From Spirochaetia bacterium (GTDB lineage: Bacteria > Spirochaetota > Spirochaetia > SZUA-6 > Bin103), in assembly GCA_965203515.1 (NCBI GenBank), contig OZ241907.1, forward strand, positions 608,001-672,000: a DNA stretch of 64,000 nucleotides. The letters run 5' to 3'. The position numbers were made by a program, and so were the translations under genes. A model generated the notes under the pieces. The model saw only the letters and a program-made list of their open reading frames with translations. It was not told where the DNA came from and did not search any database. Positions 1-10,500 of the stretch are shown here, piece after piece. Position 1 is the stretch's first letter. Every line of letters begins with the position of its first letter.

Positions 1-410
1 AGCTCCGAGTGCTCCGATATCAGAGTTTCCATTCCCACCCGGAAGCTCGCCCGATACGGCCGTCTGCTGACGGGTACAAGCCTCCGGACTCTTTAGAGGG
101 CAATATCCGGAAGATACAGGACAAACGTATCCAGCGGATGTTGCGTGGTTACTTTCTTGACATGTATCTGTGCATTCGCGAATTGGTACGCGTGTGCCGC
201 GGCGGCGCACGCATTGCGGTAGTGGTCGGAAACGCCCGCTATGCGGGCGCGCCGATCCTCGTTGACGAGTATACGGCGGAGATTGGAGAAAGTGCGGGCC
301 TCACATGCCAGGAGATACGGGCAGTTCGATGGCGTGGCAACAGCGCTCAGCAGATGGGTAAGTATGGACGAGTTGCTTCTCGAGAAAGCATCGTCATTTT
401 CAGGAAGTGA
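1..410 (+). CDS. C-terminal part of an N4/N6 DNA methyltransferase (runs off the left edge)
   Basis: Open frame from the window edge; YFLDMYLCIRELVRVC-x4-RIAVVVGNARYAG and GNSAQQMG...RESIVIFRK resemble the C-terminus of amino-MTases of R-M systems; lower GC than the flanks. Confidence 0.7.
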   Translation, partial: LRVLRYQSFHSHPEARPIRPSADGYKPPDSLEGNIRKIQDKRIQRMLRGYFLDMYLCIRELVRVCRGGARIAVVVGNARYAGAPILVDEYTAEIGESAGLTCQEIRAVRWRGNSAQQMGKYGRVASRESIVIFRK

Positions 411-492
411 TAGCGGTTATAGCCTCGGGGCGGTCCTGGGCCGCTGGAATCGAAGACCGTAAGCCGCTGTCACCATAGTACCGGCGCGGCGG

Positions 493-1296
493 TCAGCCGG
501 CGGCGAGGGCTGCGGTGAGGTTGGCGCGCTCCAGCAGCCGGGCGTCCGCCGGGCGCTCCAGGAACGGGCGGACGTCCTGGATGAGTCGGCCGACGTCCAG
601 CGTCGCGAGCTGCGCCCGGAGCAGCGCCAGCCAGTCCTGCGCCCGATAGCGGCCGGCGCCTTCCGTCTGATCCAGGGCGCGCTGCAGCAGCGGCAGATTC
701 GGCGCCACCGGCGGGCGCCGGGAGCGGTACCACACCAGATCGAACCAGTCCCGCCCCTTCCGGTAGCGGCGCGCCAGCAGCGCGTGCAGCTTGCCGGCCA
801 TCAGCGACGGCAGATCGTAATGGGCCACCACGAAGGTCACGCCGCGCGTGACGATCGTGCGCTCGACGGTCGCACCGGCCGGCGGCCGGGTGTCGATTTC
901 GATCTTGATGGCGAGTTTCTGTTGCGGGTGACCGGAAAGCCCCGCTTCGGCGAGCAGCGAGGCGCTGCGCACCCACGCCGCCTGCACCGGTTTGCGGTCG
1001 TGCCAGCGAACCGTACTCTCGAACCCGGCGAAGTGAAGGTCGCGCTTCAGCTTCTCCAACCAGCGGCGCGGGCGGTATCCGGCGGTCGAGGTGCGGCAGA
1101 AATCGAGGTCTTCGGAGAAGCGCGGCAAGCCTTCCAGCAGGCGCAACGCGGTGCCGCCGACGAACGCCACCGATTGGGCCGCTTCGCTCTCGTGCAGCGA
1201 TCGCAGGATGAAGACTTGCAGGTATTCGCGCAGGGCGTTGAGGCGCTGCGTGGGGTCGGAGTAGCGCAGGGCCGCGGCGAGCGCCTGCTCCTTCAC
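493..1296 (-). CDS. abiEii: AbiEii-family nucleotidyltransferase toxin (type IV TA / abortive infection)
   Basis: FVGGTALRLL..LPRFSEDLDF NTase motif, KLHALL and KGRDWFDL motifs; overlaps the antitoxin stop codon. Confidence 0.9.
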   Translation of the reverse strand: MKEQALAAALRYSDPTQRLNALREYLQVFILRSLHESEAAQSVAFVGGTALRLLEGLPRFSEDLDFCRTSTAGYRPRRWLEKLKRDLHFAGFESTVRWHDRKPVQAAWVRSASLLAEAGLSGHPQQKLAIKIEIDTRPPAGATVERTIVTRGVTFVVAHYDLPSLMAGKLHALLARRYRKGRDWFDLVWYRSRRPPVAPNLPLLQRALDQTEGAGRYRAQDWLALLRAQLATLDVGRLIQDVRPFLERPADARLLERANLTAALAAG

Positions 1297-1946
1297 AGCT
1301 CCTCGCCTTCATCGTCGGACAGGTAGCAGCATTCCCGCCAGATCCGCACGGCGTGCAGAATCCTCGGCTTCGCCATGCGCCGCGCGCAGGCGGCGAGGCG
1401 GTCGAGATCGAGTAGTTCGGTCTGCTGGAACCGCATCTCGATCATGCGGTCGGCGTCCCACGCGCCGGGCGTCAGATGGAACAGGTCGAGCAGCGCCTTC
1501 TCCACCGTTGCCACGACCGCGTCGCTGCCGGCGACGGGAACGGCGTGGTACCCGAAGAAGAAGTCGCGCTTCACGTTGCGGTAGCTGAAGGTGCCGAACC
1601 GGTTCTCGAACTCGCGCGGCGTGCGCGTGGTGACGCTGGTGTAGACCGGCACGCTCTCGGGAATGACGCCGTAGAAGCTCAACGCCCACGCGCCGCTGAG
1701 GTAGGAGGGCGTGAGCAGCACGTTGGCCAGCGTGGCCGGCGCCAGCGGCGCCCGCCGGTAGCGATCGGCCAACGTGTACCGTCCCCGGCGCAGGGCGACC
1801 ACCTTCCCCGCCCGGCCCCAGCGGTGCAGTTGACTCACCACGCTCGCCCGCGGCTCCGCGATGAGCTGCGTCACCGTCGCCAGGTCGAACGACGGCTCCG
1901 CACCAAGAAGCTCCACGAAATCATCGAACCGCATTTGCCGATCCAT
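1293..1946 (-). CDS. abiEi: AbiEi-family antitoxin / transcriptional autoregulator
   Basis: N-terminal wHTH (LHRW...LRRGRY), PSYLSGAWALSFYGVIPE and ATVEKALLDLF motifs; directly upstream of abiEii. Confidence 0.88.
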   Translation of the reverse strand: MDRQMRFDDFVELLGAEPSFDLATVTQLIAEPRASVVSQLHRWGRAGKVVALRRGRYTLADRYRRAPLAPATLANVLLTPSYLSGAWALSFYGVIPESVPVYTSVTTRTPREFENRFGTFSYRNVKRDFFFGYHAVPVAGSDAVVATVEKALLDLFHLTPGAWDADRMIEMRFQQTELLDLDRLAACARRMAKPRILHAVRIWRECCYLSDDEGEEL

Positions 1947-1981
1947 TTATGATAATGGACGAATATGCTGATTATCGTCAA
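1947..1981 (-). promoter_or_regulatory. abiE promoter with overlapping inverted repeat (putative AbiEi operator)
   Basis: Minus strand TTGACG-N18-CATTAT a few nt before the ATG; inverted repeat GATAAT-N14-ATTATC at 1951-1976. Confidence 0.6.
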
Positions 1982-2123
1982 CCATTCATCCAGGATCGAC
2001 CAAGCTGCTCTCGTGCGTCGGGATCGGCCGCGCGTAGATGGGCGACGCGCCAGCCGGATCACCGCCCTGCATGCGCCGGCCGGCGGCGGTGTGCTATACT
2101 GCGGTCGTAGCGGGGAGAGCAAC

Positions 2124-2939
2124 ATGGCCACCGAGAGCATCACCAGCTTCGACGACCTGCTCGGGTTGCTGGACCGGAACCCGCAGTATCGGTCCCGGTT
2201 GCGTCAGTCGATTCTGGACGACGAGTTCCAGCGGCTGCCGGAGCACGTGACCATGCTGACTAAGCAGACGCGGATACTCGGCGAAGTCACTACTTCACTG
2301 GCCGAGCGCATGGACCAGCTTACCGCACGGGTAGATCAACTGACCGCGCGGGTAGATGCTTTGACCGAGCGCATGGACCAGCTTACCGCGCGGGTAGATG
2401 AGCTGGCCAAGCGCATGGATCAAATGACCGAGCAGATGCGGCATCACTCCGATCTGTTCAGAGATATTCTGTTGCAGCTCAAGAACGTCGATACCCGGTT
2501 CTTGTCGCTGGAAAGACGGGTGGACCGGCTCACGGGCGACGAGGCTGAGCGCCGGTTCCGCGGGCGGGCGGCGTCCTGTTTCGGGCATCTGTTGCGGCGC
2601 ATCAGAGTCGTAGACAACAGCGCCCTGGCCGACCGGATCGATGATGCCATCGAGTCAGGAACGTTCGCGGAGGCCGACCGGGAGCCGCTGCTGTTGCTCG
2701 ATGTCGTGGCGTGGGGACGTGACGTTCAGACGCGGGAAGAGCGGTACCTGGCTGTCGAGGTGTCTGCCGGAATAGGAGAAACCGACATTCTGCGGGCCGC
2801 GGACCGTGCGGCGCTTCTCGAAAAGCTGACCGGCGTACCTGTCCTGCCGGTGGTGGCCGGGTATTCCATCTCCCCGCGGTTTCGGTCTATCGCCGCGGGG
2901 CGACAGGTCCAAGTGGTGATCGTCGAAGAGCCGCGATGA
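2124..2939 (+). CDS. Coiled-coil repeat protein with C-terminal PD-(D/E)XK-like nuclease-fold domain (DUF3782-like)
   Basis: TATACT -10 and GGAGAG RBS before ATG 2124; heptad repeats LTARVDQ; C-terminal LDVVAWG...YLAVEVS motif. Confidence 0.65.
   Translation: MATESITSFDDLLGLLDRNPQYRSRLRQSILDDEFQRLPEHVTMLTKQTRILGEVTTSLAERMDQLTARVDQLTARVDALTERMDQLTARVDELAKRMDQMTEQMRHHSDLFRDILLQLKNVDTRFLSLERRVDRLTGDEAERRFRGRAASCFGHLLRRIRVVDNSALADRIDDAIESGTFAEADREPLLLLDVVAWGRDVQTREERYLAVEVSAGIGETDILRAADRAALLEKLTGVPVLPVVAGYSISPRFRSIAAGRQVQVVIVEEPR
2297..2440 (+). repeat. In-frame 21-nt tandem repeats encoding coiled-coil heptads
   Basis: Repeated units such as gaccagcttaccgc(a/g)cgggta and gagcgcatggaccag; about 6-7 heptads. 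Confidence 0.8.
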
Positions 2940-3022
2940 TCGGGGCCGGCGCAAGTCCACCGCCGGAAGCGAGCGAGGCGCGCGGTTGAACGGGCGCCGG
3001 GGAAGGGACACACTCCACGCGG

Positions 3023-4613
3023 ATGCGCTTCTTCAACACCGCCGGGCCGATCATCGCGGAGGATCACTACCACGTGCCGCCCGCTGCAGCGGCTGGACCG
3101 GGACGAGCTGCTCAAGCTGATCGACTGGAAGCGCTACTTCGTGCTGCACGCCCCCCGGCAGACCGGCAAGACGTCGGCGTTGCTGGCGCTGAATGACGAA
3201 CTGAACGGCAGCGGGAAGTACCGCTGCCTGTACTGCAACGTCGAGGTCGCGCAGTCCGCGCGCGAGGACGTGGCCGCGGCGATGCGGGCGATCCTCAATA
3301 CCATCGCGCGGCAGGCCCGTACCCACCTGAACGACCCGTTCCCGGACGAGGCGCGGCGCGACGCGCTGGAACGCGCCGGGCCGCACGACGCGCTCCAGGA
3401 GGTGCTGGCGTTGTGGGCGGCGGCCGGCGCCAAGCCGTTGGTGCTGCTGATCGACGAGATCGACGCGCTGGTGGGCGACACCCTGATAGCCGTGCTGCGG
3501 CAACTGCGCGCAGGCTACGCCGAGCGCCCGCGCCACTTCCCGCAGAGCGTGGTCCTGTGCGGCGTGCGCGACGTGCGCGACTACCGCATCCGCTCGTCCA
3601 GCCGGAACGAGGTGATCACCGGCGGCAGCCCGTTCAACGTCAAGGTCACGTCGCTACGGCTGGGCGACTTCTCGCCGGACGAGGTGCGCGCGCTGCTCGT
3701 CCAGCACACCGCCGAGACCGGGCAGCGGTGGACCGGGGAAGCGATAGAACGGGTATGGGAGCTGACTCAGGGGCAGCCCTGGCTGGTGAACGCGCTCGCC
3801 TGCCAGGCGTGCTTCGACGATCCGGCCGGGCGCGACCGCAGCCGGCCGGTCGCCGCGGACGCGGTCCGGGCCGCCGCGGAACGGCTGATCGTGCGCCGCG
3901 ACACCCACCTGGACCAGCTCGCCGACAAGCTCCGCGAGGAGCGCGTCCGCAACGTGATCGAGCCGCTGCTCAGCGGCGGCGGCGAACGCGGCTACTCCGC
4001 AGCCGACATCGAGTACGTGCGCGACCTGGGCCTGATCGCCCGCGGCGACCCGTTGCGCATGGCCAATCCGATCTACGCCGAGGTGGTGCCGCGCGAACTG
4101 ACCAGCCACGTCCAGGCGAGCGTGGTCGAGGACCCGGCGTGGTACGTCGACCCCGACGGCGGCTTGAACGTCGCCCGGCTGCTGGCCGCGTTCCGGGAGT
4201 TCTTTCGGGAACATTCCGAGCACTGGGTGCAGCGGTTCCAGTACCGGGAAGCCGGCCCCCAGTTGCTGCTGCAGGCGTTTCTGCAGCGCATCGTGAACAG
4301 CGGCGGCCAGATCCACCGGGAGTACGGGCTGGGGCGGATGCGCACCGATCTGCTGATCGTCTGGCCGGCGGGAGCGGTGCCGGGAACGGCCCGCAGGACG
4401 GTGATCGAGTGCAAGGTGGTGACGGCGAAGCAGGGGATGGAGCGGACCGTGCGCGACGGTCTGGCGCAGACGCGCGCCTACCTGGAGCGGTGCGCGGCGG
4501 CCGAGGGCCACCTGGTAGTATTCGACCGCCGGCCCGACCGCACCTGGGAGCAGAAGCTCTTTCGTCGTGAGGAGACGACCGGCGGCGCGCCGGTGACCGT
4601 GTGGGGAATGTAG
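3023..4613 (+). pseudogene. AAA ATPase with C-terminal PD-(D/E)XK nuclease domain; +1 frameshift near 3080-3082
   Basis: ATG 3023 gives MRFFNTAGPII..HYHVPP, matching the paralog at 46290-47879. One extra C (ccgcccgctg) shifts the frame. Downstream: Walker A HAPRQTGKTS, Walker B LLIDEID, REY..GRMRTDLL..VIECK. Confidence 0.8.
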
Positions 4614-4634
4614 GGAAGGCCCGGTATTCGCCGC

Positions 4635-5954
4635 CTACGGCCGGTACTCCACCAGGGCGGAGCGGCCGGTGACGTCGACGATGCGGATGCGCCGTTCCCG
4701 GCCGGCGGCGTCGACGAGGCGCAGTTCTTCGCCCGGAATGAACGGCACCGGCTGCGGTCGGCCGTCGTTGATGGCGATGTTCGAAGCCGAGACGAAGGTG
4801 CGGTCGCGGGCGTCGCGGACGGCATGCAGCGTTCCGGTCAGCCCGGGCACGGAACCGGCGGCCTCCGGGAAGATGACCGAGCCGCCGTCCGGCAAGGCGG
4901 CGAGTTCGACCGCGAGCGCGCGCCGGCACGGCGTCCACTCCCGTTCCACGTGCGCGGCATGGCCCGCCGCCGCGGCGTATACCGTCAGCGGCAGTTCGGT
5001 GGTGTGCAGGGCCGCGGCGGCGATGCCGGCGGCGTCGGCAGTGGCCCGCTGCCAGGTGCGGTTGGGGAACAGGATCAGCAGGTCGCTGCCGGGCAGGGGG
5101 CGCCCGGAGGCGCGCACCGCGATCCGCACCTGCGCCGGACTCGGCTCCAGCGGCGCGGAGGGGAGCACGACCAGCACCTCGGCGTCGGCGATGACGTGGA
5201 ACTGCGCCGGCTTGCCGCTCACGCCCCTGGTTTCGTTCAGGATCACCGGGACGCCGTCGCCGCGCCGTTCCATGAAGTAGCGCCGCTCCCCGCTGCCCCG
5301 CGTGTCGCCGGCCGGCATTCGGCCCAGCATGGAAGCCAGCACTTCGTTGCGCGTGGCCTGCCGGTCGGCGATGTTGTCGACCGTCAGGCTGTTCGGCAGC
5401 GTGCCCGGCGACTGGATTTCCAGCCGGTCCGAGAACAACGACAGGCGGATGCGGCTGCCGCGGATGGAGTAGTCGCGGTGCGCCACCGCGTTGACCACGG
5501 CCTCGAAGATGGCGCGTTCGCTGTATTGGGGCAGATCGATGCGCGCCGGGTCCTTGTGCGCCGCCACCTGCATGTTGCGCACGGCGAAGGCCACGGCGGC
5601 AGCGATCTGGCGGTTCAGCGGCCCGCCGATGGTCTGCGCGTCGACCTGCCCGGACGCGCGGTCGGCGCCGCGGTAGCGGGTAGCGGTGATGCAGGCGTTG
5701 GGGAGCCACTGCTCCGGGGCGCGGCTGCACAACAGGATGCCGGCCACGGTCGCCCGCCGCGGGCCGTCCGCGGTGTCGGTCAACAGCCCCAACTTGGCGA
5801 GGGCGAGGTCGGGAGCGGCAGCGCCCTGAGCGCTCACCAGCGGTTTCCACAGCGCCTCGTCCAGCGACCCGAAGCCGGTTTCCGGGACCGGCTGCTCGTC
5901 GAACCACAACCCCAACCGCAACCGGCGCCGGATCACCTCCTCGCTCAACTCCAC
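4635..5954 (-). CDS. HATPase_c_4 (RecG-C-like) protein of the Schlafen/AlbA_2 family, apparently lacking the AlbA_2 domain
   Basis: EAVVNAVAHRDY, DRLEIQSPG, RNEVLA and MERRGDG motifs; the N-terminus IRRRLRLG joins directly to LWFDEQPV. Confidence 0.75.
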   Translation of the reverse strand: MELSEEVIRRRLRLGLWFDEQPVPETGFGSLDEALWKPLVSAQGAAAPDLALAKLGLLTDTADGPRRATVAGILLCSRAPEQWLPNACITATRYRGADRASGQVDAQTIGGPLNRQIAAAVAFAVRNMQVAAHKDPARIDLPQYSERAIFEAVVNAVAHRDYSIRGSRIRLSLFSDRLEIQSPGTLPNSLTVDNIADRQATRNEVLASMLGRMPAGDTRGSGERRYFMERRGDGVPVILNETRGVSGKPAQFHVIADAEVLVVLPSAPLEPSPAQVRIAVRASGRPLPGSDLLILFPNRTWQRATADAAGIAAAALHTTELPLTVYAAAAGHAAHVEREWTPCRRALAVELAALPDGGSVIFPEAAGSVPGLTGTLHAVRDARDRTFVSASNIAINDGRPQPVPFIPGEELRLVDAAGRERRIRIVDVTGRSALVEYRP

Positions 5955-6172
5955 CGTGCCACTCCGTCCCGTCGCCGGAGTCTATCCTGTCGATGCGGTC
6001 GTAGTCCCGCTGGTCTCATTAGGCCGCCGCGTCCGGCGTCTGGCTCGCCTGCCTCCTATTTGATTGAATGACGAGCTTGACAGCGCGGGCTCCCAACTAC
6101 TACGGTAAACCTAGCATGTTGGTTCCTGCGATCGTATCGACGACGCGCGTGGGTGAACCGAGGGAATGAACG

Positions 6173-7066
6173 ATGGCGACTACGGTAGGCTTCGCGAGCG
6201 AGAAGGGAGGTGTCGGGAAGACCACGATCTGCTATCACATAGCGATTGCGCTGAGCCGATATCATGACAAGAAAGTGTTGGTCGTGGACGGTGACTATCA
6301 GCGCGGGGGAATCACCGGAAGGTTTGCCGAACGACTGATAGAGCAATTTCGTACGGAGAGGAAGATCGAAGAACCGGCATTGTACTCCAAGTTCTTGCAG
6401 TTGTACAGTGGGAGCGATCTCACTTCGGACATCAACATCTTAGCTACCGGTGAAACCGGTATCAAAATCGTTCCCGCCGATCCTCGCTTGTCATTCGTAA
6501 CCGTCGAAAAGATGCCAACGACGAACAACATCGCGGAGAATATGCGTAGCCTATGGCGTCACTTGGCTCTTCTAGATACGGTACTCAAACCAATTCAAGG
6601 GGAGTTCGACTACATTCTCATAGACTCTCATCCGGACATCAATGATCTTATTCGTACGATCATTTACGCCTGTGACTTCGTCTGCTCACCAGTGAAGCTC
6701 GACCGTCAATCGACTGTTGGCGTTCCCTCCGCTATCGAAGCGATCGAGAACGTCAACGCCGACATGAAACTTTTCGAAAACGCAACGCGTGAACAAGTAG
6801 AGTACAAGCCTACGAAGTATGCGGGAGCGATTGCTACCCAAGCTCGTGAATGGGGTGGGATGCTGAAGTGGTCAGAGATGGCCGAGTATCGGCTTATCAG
6901 TCGGCAGGGATTTGTCTTCGAGGCGTACGTTACGGAAGGAGATGGCTTGCGGAGAGCCGCGCATGAACGATGTCCGGTCTTCGATATAGTTGGCCAGAAT
7001 GCCAACAAGCAGTCCGGTCAGCTGCGCCGTCTCACCAGGGAGTTTATGAAGCAATGTCCAACGTGA
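6173..7066 (+). CDS. Orphan ParA/Soj-family ATPase
   Basis: Deviant Walker A SEKGGVGKTT, VVDGDYQ, DYILIDSHP; TTGACA promoter upstream; visibly lower GC. Confidence 0.88.
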   Translation: MATTVGFASEKGGVGKTTICYHIAIALSRYHDKKVLVVDGDYQRGGITGRFAERLIEQFRTERKIEEPALYSKFLQLYSGSDLTSDINILATGETGIKIVPADPRLSFVTVEKMPTTNNIAENMRSLWRHLALLDTVLKPIQGEFDYILIDSHPDINDLIRTIIYACDFVCSPVKLDRQSTVGVPSAIEAIENVNADMKLFENATREQVEYKPTKYAGAIATQAREWGGMLKWSEMAEYRLISRQGFVFEAYVTEGDGLRRAAHERCPVFDIVGQNANKQSGQLRRLTREFMKQCPT

Positions 7067-7494
7067 GACAAGACTTAGACGTTCGCCTTCTTACTCGCTG
7101 GCTGGGCGCTGCGGGAGCTAAGGCGGGATTGTTGGAAAGTCGGCAATGGACGGTCGAAGCGCTTGCCGAGATGGCTCGCAATCTTGGGATCGAAGTCGCA
7201 AAGAGAGTGACCCGCCAGGAGTTGATTGACGAGATTGTCCGCGTTGCGAGCAGACGAATCGAAAAATCGATCGACGAGCTCTTCGATATGGAGCGAGACG
7301 AGATCGTTCGCTACTTCGACGAGAACGGAGTGGAGACCGAGGAGCTTCTTGATCTACTGGAGGAGCTTGACCTTCGTCCCGACCGTAAGGGACGGAAGAA
7401 CGTGATCAACTTCGCGGCCCGAGAGCTGGCCGAGACCGGACGGTTTCGGCGCATCGCCACAGCGAAGGCGGGGCCGCGTCAAGCTAGTCGCTGA
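7054..7494 (+). CDS. Hypothetical acidic helical protein coupled to the ParA gene
   Basis: ATG 7054 overlaps the end of parA, with GGAG upstream; 146 aa; same low-GC block. Confidence 0.7.
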   Translation: MSNVRQDLDVRLLTRWLGAAGAKAGLLESRQWTVEALAEMARNLGIEVAKRVTRQELIDEIVRVASRRIEKSIDELFDMERDEIVRYFDENGVETEELLDLLEELDLRPDRKGRKNVINFAARELAETGRFRRIATAKAGPRQASR

Positions 7495-7530
7495 CGTCAT
7501 TTTACAGAATCGCGCGCAATCGGATTTGCC

Positions 7531-10500
7531 ATGACCCAACCCGCTGACGTGCGCTCCCGGCTGCGGGAGGCGCTGGGGCTCGATCTGATCGGCCCGGGGG
7601 CGGACCATGCCCTGGCGGACGAACGCCTGCCGGGATGGGTGCGGCCGTCCAACTGGTATCTCACCGGCTTTCTGGTGCCGCGCGGCGCGCCGGCCGAGCA
7701 ACGAGCGGACGACGACGCGGAAGACGATTTCGAGCCGGAAGTCGCGGACGAAGCAGGGCTCGGCGACGACTCCACCGAAGACCGCCGGGCGGCCAAGAAG
7801 GGCTTCTTCCCGTCGTCGATCGGCTTGAGCTTTCTGGTCGCCGAGGACGTCGGCGAGCTGGACGTGACGGTCCGCTGGGGCGATTACCGGCTCGTCGAGG
7901 ACGAGGCCCGGAGCGGCGAAGACGAGGCTGCCGCGGCCGGGAACGGCGATTCACCGAACGGCGAGCCGTCCGGCGCCGCGGCGAGCGCCGGCGACGAAGC
8001 GGCCGCCGCGGCGGGCCGGGACGGCGCATCGAAGTGCTGGCAACGCACGCCGCGCGAAGTAGCCGTCCGGGTGGCGCTGCCGGCGGCCGGCCGCAAGCGG
8101 CACGCGGTGCCGGGCTCGCGCGGACTGATCCTGCACGCGGTCGCCCGGCCCGTGAACGCCGCCCGCTTCGCGGCCCGGATTCCGCCGGGGACGCGCTCGG
8201 TGTCGCTGTTTCTGGTGAACGAACGGCCCCCGGCGGCCGATCGCGGCGACGAAGCGTTCGCCTTTCAGGCTGCGCTGGAGGTACGCGGCGCAGCTCCGTT
8301 CGTCCCCCGGCCCGACCCGCGCGGCGGCTCCGGCGACGATCGAGACGCGCGCGTGGCCGACCTCCATTACGCCGGCACGCCGGAGTACGCCGCCGGCCAC
8401 GGCGTCGCCGCCGACTGGGAGCTGACCGGCGGCGCCTGCCGCCTGCTGCGCACCGCCTGGATTCCGGCGGCCGAAGTCGAGAAGACCGAGACGGTCGAGG
8501 TGCCGGGGGTGGAGCTCGCCATGTCCGCCCTCGGCGACCTGCCCGACGGGACCGCCGCCGAACAGGCGTTGACCCCGTTGGTCACCGGCTACCGCGCCTG
8601 GATCGACGATCGGGAGGCCGCGCTGACCGGCCTTACCGGGGAGCGCCGCGACACCGCCGAGGATCTGCTGTTCCTCGCGCGCGCGGCCGCCGACCGCATC
8701 GAGCGGGGCATTCGCGCGCTCGCCGGGGATGCGGACGCGCTCGACGCCTTCCGCGTGGCCAACCGCGCCGTGGACAAGGCGCTCGCGCGGCGCCTGTCCC
8801 GCGAAGGGGTCGCCGGGCTGCCCCGCTGGCGCGCCTTCCAGCTCGCCTTTCTGCTGCTGAACGTCCCCGGCCTGGCGGACCCGGCCAGCCCCGAACGGGA
8901 GTTCGTGGACCTGCTGTTCTTCCCGACCGGCGGCGGCAAGACCGAGGCGTATCTCGGGCTCGCCGCGTTCGCCATGGTGCTGCGGCGGCTGCGCAATCCG
9001 CAGGACGGCGGCCGGGCGGGGGCCGGCGTCAGCGTCATCATGCGCTACACCTTGCGGCTGCTGACGCTCGACCAGCTCGGTCGCGCGGCCGGCCTGGTGT
9101 GCGCGCTGGAACTGGAACGGCGCGCGGACCCCGGCCGGTACGGCGAGTGGCCGTTCGAGATCGGCCTGTGGGTCGGCAAGGCGGGCACGCCGAACCGGCT
9201 CGGCCAAAAGGGAGACGGACGCTCGGACTCGGCGCGCAGCAAGGTCAGCCAGTACAAGAGCAACCCGCAGGGCAAACCGGCTCCCATCCCGCTGGAGAGC
9301 TGCCCGTGGTGCGGGGAGCCGTTCACGCCGGATTCCTTCACGCTGCTGCCGGACTCCGACCGTCCCACCGAACTGCGCATCGTCTGCGTCGACTGGGAGT
9401 GCGACTTCGCGGGCGACGCGCCGCTGCCGATCGTCGCCGTGGACGAGCCGCTGTACCGGCGCCTGCCGGCCTTTCTGATCGCCACCGTGGACAAGTTCGC
9501 CTCGCTGCCGTGGGTGGGCGAGTCCGGCGCGCTCCTCGGCGGCGCGGACCGCCATGACGGCGCCGGGTTCTACGGCGCCGCCGAACCCCGCCGCGGGCGT
9601 CCGCTGAGCGGTCCGCTGCTGCCGCCGGACCTCGTCATCCAGGACGAGCTGCACCTGATCTCCGGTCCGCTCGGCACCATGGCCGGCCTCTACGAGGCGG
9701 CGTTCGAGGCGCTGTGCGCGCGCCCGATCGACGGCCGCCCGGTGAAGCCGAAGATCGTCGCCTCGACCGCCACCGTCCGCCACGCCGACCAGCAGATTCA
9801 GGGGCTCTTCGGCCGGCAGACCACGCACGTCTTCCCGCCGCCGGGACCGGAGCGCGGCGACTCCTTCTTCGCCCGCACCATGCCCGCCGCGCAACGAAAC
9901 GCGCGCGAGTACGCCGGCATCGCCGCCCAGGGCCGCAACCCGAAGGAGGCGATGCGCCGGGTCCTGCTGGCGCTGATGGGCGCGGCCGAGCGCGCGTGGC
10001 GCGAAGCCGGCGGCCCCCGCAACCGGGACAATCCGGCCGATCCCTACATGACCGTGCTCGGCTACTTCAACAGCCTGCGCGAGCTGGGCGGCGCCCGGCG
10101 CATCCTGGAAGAAGAGGTGCAGAACACGCTCAAGCGCTACGGCGACCGCCGGCGGCTCGGCGAAGCGCCGGGACAGGGGCTGTTCCGCGACCGCACCAGC
10201 TTCTCCGACGTGGTGGAGCTCACCTCGCGGGTGAGCACCGACCGCGTGGCCGAGGCGCGGCGGCGGCTGCAGACGACCTTTCACGACCGCAGGCAGCGGG
10301 TCGACTGCGCGATCGCGACCAACATGATCTCGGTCGGCCTCGACATCCAGCGGCTCGGGCTGATGCTGGTCTACGGGCAGCCCAAGACCAACTCGGAGTA
10401 CATCCAGGCCACCAGCCGGGTGGGCCGGGACGATCGTCGCCCCGGATTGGTGGTGACGCTCTACAACGTCCACCGCCCGCGCGACCGGTCGCATTACGAG

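Noticed and set aside
408..472. Imperfect inverted repeat between the methylase and abiEii as a MITE
   Set aside because: Weak match, no TSD and no second copy; could simply be a terminator region.
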